NCBI GenBank assembly: GCA_038496445.1
Contig: JALMLS010000455.1
Location: 124,001-188,000 of the forward strand
Reading direction: 5' to 3'
Origin: Trichosphaerium sp. ATCC 40318
Taxonomy: Eukaryota > Protista > Tubulinea
Length of the DNA: 64,000 nucleotides
Shown here one piece after another: positions 55,909-64,000 of the stretch (its first letter is position 1; every line of letters starts with the position of its first letter). A program made the position numbers and the translations under genes. Below the pieces are notes generated by a model. The model was given only the letters and a program-made list of their open reading frames with translations, ran no database searches and had not been told where the DNA came from.

Positions 55909-56027
55909 AGTTAGTCAACCAGTTATTTTTCACAGTTAAAAGGCTCCAATGCACACTTCACCACAAATAAAAAGGGCTGCTCTTCACATAGCAAAAAAAA
56001 ACTGACGAAATAACTGGTTGACTAACT
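55909..56027. repeat. Perfect 20-bp inverted repeat (MITE-like or hairpin)
   Basis: agttagtcaaccagttattt (55909-55928) is the exact reverse complement of aaataactggttgactaact (56008-56027); 79-nt spacer. Confidence 0.8.
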
Positions 56028-56239
56028 ATAGAGCCAGCCAAGACTGAGTGTCTTTCCTACAGAACGCCCCTTATTGAATTGTCTAGGTTCAATATTGTTC
56101 AAACTAGTCTGGGGTACATTTCGTTTCACACGAAAAAACCCGATTTAGTCAAAAAAACCCTAGGTAGCACCGAGCTTAAGGTGCTTTTAAGTCATACCAT
56201 CGTAAAACTACTTTGACAGCGTGAGCGTCGTGACATCGT

Positions 56240-57241
56240 ATGCTCAGATCGTGGGACAAAGGACCGGAGGGTCGTGAGCTCAATGATATAATAGAAAAGG
56301 TGGATGTAGATGAATCTGTTGGTTCATGGAGATTTATCAAGTACTGGGGACCGCAGTTGTGCCTGATGGCGTACCGCTTCACCTACCACGCGTAAGTAAA
56401 TTCGTGATATAACGTTACCCCTTTTTGCACTTTTAACTAGGAAATATATGACGTGATATCACGTTCTGGATAACGAACAGTCTGATTTTGTTCCAAAGTT
56501 AATTTTTTATTATTTTAGAACTTCCTCTTTGTGTACCTCTAAATTTATATTAGATACAAGTATGGTATTGGTAGCGCTCCTCCAGAAGCAATTGTAACGA
56601 CGATAAAATCAAAAGGGACTGATAGAATAAATCTGTTATCGCTAGCCAAAGGTACAAATAAAAAAGTGATTTCAGTACAAGTCATTTGTAGTGTTAAGTT
56701 GTTTTTTGTACTAGATAAACCTCTTGTAATAAGTTTTGGTAACTATACCTGACCACCGTGGACGGCGACTTCAAATCGCCTTAGTAATCTCTACGAAGAG
56801 TGGAAAGAAAAAGCAGACTTTATAGTTGTTTACATACAAGGCACGTGGATTCCGAGTTATGTTTCAATTGCCCTTTTGTTTTCTCGCGTTTCGTAATTGG
56901 TTATTAGAAACACATCCTGAGGATGGATGGAGTTTGAAAGGAAGCGATATTTGTTACCTTCAACCAAAGACAATTGAACAACGATTGGATATTATCTCAG
57001 ACTTTAAGAAAAATAACCCTTCATTTACAGTTCCAATCTATGTTGACCTTATGGATAACAATGCTGATGCAGCGTATCAAGCATCTCCTGAAAGGTAAAT
57101 ATAGCACGTTCAAACTATACATCTTAACCACGTGACAGGCTTTATATCATTCACAAAGGTAAGATATGCCTTAAATCAGGGGAGGGTCCATTTGGATATA
57201 AACTTTCAGTTATTGAAAAATGGCTGAAAGAAAATGCGTGA
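56240..57241 (+). CDS. Iodothyronine deiodinase-like selenoprotein (in-frame UGA = Sec at 56750-56752)
   Basis: Five exons: ...GSAPPEA...KPLVISFGNYT-TGA-PPW...ADFIVVYIQ/ETHPEDGW...IYVDLMDNNADAAYQASPER/LYII..GK...GEGPFGY, matching DIO motifs PLVLNFGSCTUPPF, YIEEAH.SDGW, D.M.N....Y...ERL. Confidence 0.92.
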
Positions 57242-57274
57242 AAAGGAGATTAATGTTTGTTCTGTGTTCCTTAG

Positions 57275-57339
57275 GTTTTTGTAATGACTGTGATATAATT
57301 AAAACGTTTCATACGTGGTGTATCACATGATGGGAAAAC
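57275..57339 (+). promoter_or_regulatory. SECIS element (type II)
   Basis: Helix I GUUUUU/GGAAAAC; AUGA core at 57284 with UGAC/UGAU quartet; helix II UGUGAUAUA/UGUAUCACA; unpaired AAAA; mini-stem CGU-UUCAU-ACG; lies in the 3' UTR of the Sec-containing gene. Confidence 0.92.
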
Positions 57340-58789
57340 AATCTTTGGCCTACAAATAAAATTTCACACTAACACTAAAATACTGTATTGTTTGTGGAGA
57401 ATATCAGACAGTGCTGAGTGCTACACGACTTCACCAGTTTAAAAATATGAGCTATTAATGCAGTGTGAGACAATGCTGAGGTAATGAGTTTCCATAGTGA
57501 TCCAGCTCGCTTTCAGATTCTCTATTTTTCGAAATAAAAACAAATACCTAATGTCGCTTATCATTTTATGAAGAAGGATTATCTCTATGTGAATGCGTTA
57601 GTCTAATTAATGTAGGATTTGATTTTAGTTGGTAGAACTCGTTTATATCGTTTATATACCAAAGGTCATCTTCGTCAGTGTATTGACCTTTATGGCATGT
57701 GAAAGTACATGATTCATGTCTACCACAAGTTACATATATACGACATTGCAGCTTTAAATGTCATCTTCGTATGTTGTTATGGACACCTTCTGTGCTTGGG
57801 CGAGAATTTGATTCATATCTGCAATTTGGTTTAGGTCTATGTTGGCTGGTATTTGGAACGCAGGAGGCTTAACCAAGTATAATTTCTCATCGCTTTTTTT
57901 TAGTTAGTGACTTGGTTTAAACTTTAAAAGCTGGTACCCTATAATCTCTCGAAGTAAATACAGAAATGGATCTACTATATTAAACTCTTCTTTGACTAAA
58001 CAGAAGTAGAAAGTTGTTTATGACAAAAACTAGGTACCTGACATAGGAAAGTACTCAAGACCTTTCTTCGAAGGATAAATTATCCGTTTGTGAAGAACCT
58101 TTTTGATAGTTAGTCAGAGATTTGTGCACAAAAAATCTATCATACTCGTACCTTATGTGGTCTTACATCTATTTTATTACCTACTATTGTAATAGGGATA
58201 GCACCACAAACACGACTGACAGCCTTATGCCAATGAAACAAATACTTAAAAGTAACACGAGAAGAAATATCACACATTATGATTGCACCATGAGAGTTCA
58301 TACTACCACTCTGTAGTCAAAACACTTATATGCCCATCACCTTATCAAAACGTACTAGTGTGCATCTCGGAGCATCCCCATCTTTTCAGAACCTCTACTT
58401 TCAAATATTTGTAAACTATTTTACCACGTGATGTAAACCAAGGTATTTCGTTTACTGTATATCCCATACTTACTAAATACATGAGTAGTCGGTTGTTTAG
58501 AGAATGAGAATACTACCACAATACTTTTGAGAAAAGTGGCCATCTTTAAGCCTACTTACAAGAGATCCCTTACCAACACCACCACAACCTGCTATTACTA
58601 CCTTAAAAGTAGGAACTTGCGTCTAACGGATTCATTAGCTGTTTTAACGCGGAAACGACAACCAACCTTGTCTTTTGGTAGATTTTTCATTTTTCTTTGT
58701 GAGGCTTGCTCTAGAAGGTTTTTCTTTCTTGTGTCAAACCGCGACTTTCCAAGACTTTCGTGATTCAATCTAGAATCAAAATCACTCCA

Positions 58790-59557
58790 ATGTCTAAAGA
58801 AGAAGCTGTAACTGATGTATTTGGTTCAGTACCACCAGAGATTATACAAGAGATTCTCAAAAAGGTGCTATTAACTGACTTGGAAGCACTTGCTGCTTGC
58901 TTGGTTGTATCACGTGCCTTTCGCTCAAATATCATCTCAAAAAGTATTACACAAGCAACCATAGCGTATTACATACAACTATGGCAAATTGAGTTTAAAC
59001 AACCTTTTACAGATCACTCTAGCTTCGCTGATAACTTTCAACATAACCTGGTGCGGTTGGCAGTGTGTAATCGAAAGTTATTTAGAGTTTTAGTGCCAAA
59101 GGAAACATCTCTTCTTCTAGACCCAGCTACTTGCTCAAGTGACATTGAGGATTGCAAAAAGAGGCTTTTCACCCTATTGTCATTGAAAGAATACCTATCC
59201 TTTGAACATACAACATCAATCAGGCATGGCAATGGCTTTTGTATGGAATACGAAGTTATTGGCTTTTTACATACCAGCAACCACCAGAGATCAGAAAAAA
59301 GTAACCAAGTTCCTCCAGCCGGCGAAGACTTGCTAACGCTCATCGGTATGAACGAAAGAAACTTTGACAAGAGGATAACACGTGTCGATCCAAAGAAATT
59401 ATGGTATTGTGCAAGTAATCTGGATGGTGTCAGTGTAAAGGAGACGCATCATGTAGGGAGTATTTCGAGCTATCGAGCTGAAATCAAGTTCGTTCTTGGT
59501 TATAACAGATTCGGTTTCATAGCTGGTGTGTTATGGTTTGAACACGATTACTTTTGA
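58790..59557 (+). CDS. Intronless F-box-like protein with unknown C-terminal domain
   Basis: FGSVPPEIIQEILKKVLLTDLEALAACLVVSRAF is F-box-like; single exon. Confidence 0.7.
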   Translation: MSKEEAVTDVFGSVPPEIIQEILKKVLLTDLEALAACLVVSRAFRSNIISKSITQATIAYYIQLWQIEFKQPFTDHSSFADNFQHNLVRLAVCNRKLFRVLVPKETSLLLDPATCSSDIEDCKKRLFTLLSLKEYLSFEHTTSIRHGNGFCMEYEVIGFLHTSNHQRSEKSNQVPPAGEDLLTLIGMNERNFDKRITRVDPKKLWYCASNLDGVSVKETHHVGSISSYRAEIKFVLGYNRFGFIAGVLWFEHDYF

Positions 59558-61172
59558 GAAGACTAACCATTTGTGTTGCTCAATAAATAGAACATTAAAC
59601 GGTGCTACTTTCTTTGTTTGAAACTCACCCTCACAAGCACATACAACAATCTGGTTTATCCTTAGCTAGCAACAACATATAGTTGAACCGTGATTAGTTT
59701 CCGGGTATCTATGATCAGCAACGTTGCCATTGTACCATAATGAAGCACTACTAAAGTATAATATCAGCGCCATCCATGCCTTGCAGACGTACTTTACAGT
59801 GTTGTCATGGATGTTAACAAGTACCCATGACAGTATAGCAATATTGTTGGAAGATTTGAGAATAGCTCTACATCAACATTCTCTAAAGAAATAGGGGCGA
59901 CTTTTTTTTCTTCCTTGTCTTTGTTCTCGTTTATAATATCCATGAACGATTCAATTAAAAAGTCGCTTATCCGCTCAGCAGGACCAAGGTGGACACCTAA
60001 ACAATTATTGGCACTTATTTTGCGCGTTTGGTTACATGCGGTGCTAGCCATTCTATACCTTTTTCCTTGGCGCAGTCTTAAGCACTAGATGTGACGTTTG
60101 TTATATTTAATCAGGAAACTTGCAGCTTTGAATCTTTGTTGCATAGTAACTAGCATACAAAGGAGGTTCTTCTTAAGAAAGCTACCATCTTCTGGAACAT
60201 ACAAATTCGTTAAACTCTGCCATGTCTTCTTCACAAACAAGAATACTCAAAGGGACCTAGACAATTTTTGTTAAATTACTATCTACGAAAAAAACAAGAA
60301 TACAATACCCTTTCTTCAAGTTCTGATCTCTTCAATTTCTTTCCACGTACTTAATTTTTTGTTGTCATGATTCTTTAACACGTGTTTTCGAACATCCGTG
60401 TGACCGTATTTTTGTCTTGCATTCTTCATGCAATGATACCTATGCACGTGCTTTTGCCATTTAATGGAGACTTTAAGGTTGAACGGCATATAGCGAGAAG
60501 CACTGTCCAAGGTGCTACAGAGACACTACAACTTGAAGGGAACATTATTTGTCCCACTTCACTCTTTGATAGTGCCAGTATCATATTTGCTGAGTCATTT
60601 TTTTTCGGTAACCTCAAAGTCACTTTAACTCATCCTCAGAGTAAAGTGGATGAGTTATTACACAATAAAGAAAAGGTCCTTTCTCAGTACAGAATGCAAC
60701 TTTTCTAATGAGGTCTTTGTGCTCCTTTAAAAATGATAACAGTGCGCGCGGTGAAGAGACGATCCTAATCAGTGAAGAACTAAGAAAACAAAACCAAAGG
60801 CAGTCTTTATTCAAGTTCCATTGTACAAATAATACTGGCAACAAATATGCATGCAAACACTGTACTGAAGCTGCAGTTATCGTCTCAAGTTACTTTTGTT
60901 ACTTAAGCATAACTGTTGTTAGTTGACTCTTTATCTGCAAGCGTTGAGGGCCTAGTACAGGTTACAGCGTATTAGTGAACTTTGTTTAGATGTACAAAGA
61001 AGAAAATATGGCGCTCAAACGGATCTACAGGATTTACTAATTAGTAAATCGGAGCATCCTATCTCATCTAAACTGCTAGTGCAACGTTTCTATAGTACAC
61101 AACATGATAGACCGTTTGAAGACTGCAACAAGGTTGTTCGTCATATCGGCTGTATGGACAATACAAAATAAG

Positions 61173-62452
61173 CCAACAAACCGCTACGCTAAAAACCAAC
61201 TACTTGGAGAAGGGCAAGCACATTGAGTAGTTAAAGAACTATTTTTATTTACTCGGTTTCCAGAGGCTTTGGCGAAGTGTATGACGCCGTAGACAAGAAG
61301 AGCGGGAAGCAAGTAGCTCTAAAGTATGTTTTGAGTAACACGTACACGCCAGAGGAGACAAAATATCTTAAAAAAGCCTTGGTACTGCTGCTCAATCACG
61401 TTAGAACCATCTGACAACAAATAGAAAAGAGAAGGCAAACTACAAGGTTTGTGCCAACATACTAACGTGTTGCCTGTCTTGAGGATGTATGACGATCGGA
61501 ATAGCCCCGTTCTCGTTACACCTTTGGCCGCAACAGATGCATTGGCAATGTCGACTTGCTACAAAGGTCTAGACGAAACGACGCTGGCTTACATTGTACG
61601 TGGCGTATTAAATGGCCTGAAAGCCATTCACGCAGCAGGAGTATATCACCGAGATATAAAAGGAGCGAACATCCTTCTGATGGAGTCCGGTAAGATAAAA
61701 ATTGCAGATTTCGGATGCGCACGGAAAATCAAAGACTTGGCGACTTCGCACGAACTTGCAGGTACAACTTGCTATATGGATCCGAGGGTAGCAGGAGACG
61801 GTTGGAAGGAACGATCAGATTGCTTTTCGCTCGGATGGTAAGCAAACGTTAACTTTTGGACTGTGCTTTCGTTGTCATGCGTAACTTTTCTTTTTAGCAT
61901 GGTTGCCGAACTTGCTATTGGACAAGAAATTCCTCTTGTCTGTGACGAAGACACGCCGTGGGAGGATCAGAACAAAGAAGGTATTAAGAACGGACTGTCT
62001 ATGCTTAAGAAGCGCAGTTTAAAAATGTACAAGTTCGCAAAAGCTTGTCATCACGGTGACGCAAAAGTAGATAGCCTGAAGAACCACAAGGCTCTAAAGG
62101 TAGCTATCGTTTTCAAACATGTTGCATGTTACTAACATTGTATTAAGGTTGCATGTAATAGAAGAGAGTTCAAAGAACGCATGGCTAAGACCCCTCAGTA
62201 TTCAAGTGCGCCTCGTGCTTCTACACATGAAGGTTTGTTTTTTTATCATTTTTTTCGTAAAATATTCTTATGCTTGTAGTGCTAGGGAAGAAGAGCGCCG
62301 TTGAGGCTTTGCATATAAACAGGCATAGCGTATCTTCGTATTCTACTAAAGCGCCCAACATACAAGATGTACTGAAGGAAAGTGAATCCACCGACAATAA
62401 TACAGTGGGTGTATCAATCTACAAATTGAATAGACTTCGTTGTAATAAATAA
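61173..62452 (+). CDS. Ser/Thr protein kinase (STE20-like, divergent); 5' end unresolved
   Basis: LLGEG/GFGEVY, VALK, HRDIKGANILL, IKIADFG, AGTTCYMDPR, SDCFSLG. Confidence 0.85.
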
Positions 62453-62514
62453 AGTTTAAGGCTATTTCGGTGATAAGCGGCTTAAAATGCCCAGAAGTGT
62501 TTATATAATCCGTC

Positions 62515-63703
62515 ATGGCTGCTGAAGCGTTATTTTCTGTTAGTGGGAATGTTGCTACTATAACATTAAACCGTCCTAAACGAGGAAATTCATTAACGCC
62601 TGGAATGAGTCAAATCATTATACAGTCGCTAAAAACCGTTGAATCGGATCCTACTATTGGTGTTGTAGTATTGACAGGCAATGGCAAATATTTTTGTACA
62701 GGAATGGACCTAGGACCTGACGCACAAGCTAAAATAAACGATGGAATTAAGAACGGCGATGACAGCATGTTTGAGCTCTGGGAAAGCTTCAGAAATTGTA
62801 CAAAGCCAATTATCGCCAAGGTAAACGGTCCTGTAATGGGAGGTACGATTTTACCGGTTTTCTAGCGAAGAATTATAATACTGAAAGAAACAAACCAGGT
62901 GGTATTGGATTACTATTCCTTACAGATATACGTATCGTATCAAGCAAGGTACACCACTGTTTACCATCTGTCACATTAAAATCTTATTTAACAATAGGCC
63001 TACCTTTGGTTTGCAGAAGGTAATTTACTGCGATAAACACCCACAAACAACTCTGTGATGGAGTTTCAGACGTTTTTTGCTCCACAAAAATTGCAAAACT
63101 TTTCGGTTTTCTGTCCTGCCGTTTTAACTCTAACAACGTCTTTGATCAATAGTAAAACGAGGTATTGCTCCAGCACTTATTTCAGCATACATTGTACCTC
63201 AGATTGGCCAGTTTCTTGCTCTTAACTGGATGATGACAGGAAAAAGAGTGAGTTAACTCACTAATCCGTTTTTATCTTATATCTCACACGTGCGTTCTTA
63301 CCTTAGATCCCTGTAAAACGTGCATATGATCTTGGTATTATATCAGAAGTAGTAGAACCAGAACAATTGAATGAAGCCACTGATAAAATGATAAAAGAGC
63401 TTCTTGGCAACGGACCACAGGTAACCTTTTTGATTTGCAAACAGTCTAAACTTGAATTAACATCAAGAATTTTTTATTGTTTGTTCGATTTTTTTAGTTT
63501 CTCGCTAACACGTGTTTTCAAAGGCAATGAAATGGGTTAAAGAGTTGGTTAAACATGAAGTGAGCAATGGACATGAGTCTAACAAGAAAAAAGCTCAAGA
63601 GATTTTTGGAAAAATGATGAAGAGTCCTGAAGCCATGCATGGTATTTCTTCTTTTATACAAAGAAAAAAACCTGATTGGTCGTCGTTCAGATCAAAGTTG
63701 TAG
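62515..63703 (+). CDS. Enoyl-CoA hydratase/isomerase family protein (methylglutaconyl-CoA hydratase-like), peroxisomal PTS1
   Basis: VATITLNRPKRGNSL, FCTGMDL, KPIIAKVNGPVMGG/GIGL, FAE/VKRGIAPALIS, ends SKL. Confidence 0.92.
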
Positions 63704-64000
63704 CTGACAAACTACCAATAAACGTTACAGTTTTCGTACTTGTAGTCATCTATTAGCTCAAATCAGGAGACACGCTTTTGTTGTTTTGTTTTAAGGTTCC
63801 TACAAGCAGATCTCCGTCCAAGCGAACGCTAACAACAAGCACTGTTGGCTGATTAGCAGCGGGATCTGCCTACAATTTGCGTTGACAGCGACGTTTTTTA
63901 GCGACGTTTAAGTCGTGCTGGTAGCCAAAAGTCAAATATCGTCCATAAGCGTTTCAACGTCCACTTGTAACGTTTTAATAATCCCACAGTCAACTAGACG

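Noticed and set aside
57239-57253. Terminal TGA of the deiodinase as a second Sec (would add U-K-G-D before TAA), as in DIO2
   Set aside because: It lies only ~42 nt before the SECIS core, shorter than the spacing usually needed for recoding, and there is no homology support.
57350-58780. 1.4-kb gap without a called gene
   Set aside because: No recognisable protein motif, repeat or RNA structure by eye.
59600-61130. ORFs 59794-60051, 60382-60708 and 60708-60926 as genes or a transposon relic
   Set aside because: No recognisable domains, stops interrupt them, and no consistent splice model could be built.

Overview
Gene-dense, AT-rich eukaryotic nuclear DNA with many short (~45-70 nt) GT-AG and several GC-AG introns. 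Gene content (ROCO GTPase, Zn2Cys6 factor, fungal-type homocitrate synthase, deiodinase selenoprotein) suggests an amoebozoan-like protist; this is inference. I hand-spliced about 24 intact genes plus one pseudogene; most short ORFs in the track are exon fragments or antisense shadows. Housekeeping genes: histone H4 with 3' stem-loop, TVP23, BRF1, PX-BAR sorting nexin, WD40 protein, kinase, peroxisomal enoyl-CoA hydratase. Highlights: (1) three diverged paralogs of a modular protein built from ~70-aa Trp-rich repeats (6, 4 and 4 units), two ending in a PD-(D/E)XK Vsr/DUF559/RAP-like nuclease domain; (2) a ~130-nt GC-rich structured element inside the unusually long last intron of the homocitrate synthase gene, overlapping an alternative 3' splice site, a candidate splicing switch or novel intronic ncRNA; that enzyme also carries a C-terminal LOR/SDH ACT-like domain; (3) a deiodinase-like selenoprotein with in-frame UGA and a canonical type II SECIS; (4) unusual fusions (MORN-Roc-COR-PARP-receiver; alpha-carbonic anhydrase-pseudo-hydrolase) and intron-poor genes of possible viral or bacterial origin. 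No database searches were run; domain calls rest on motif recognition and splice models are manual.
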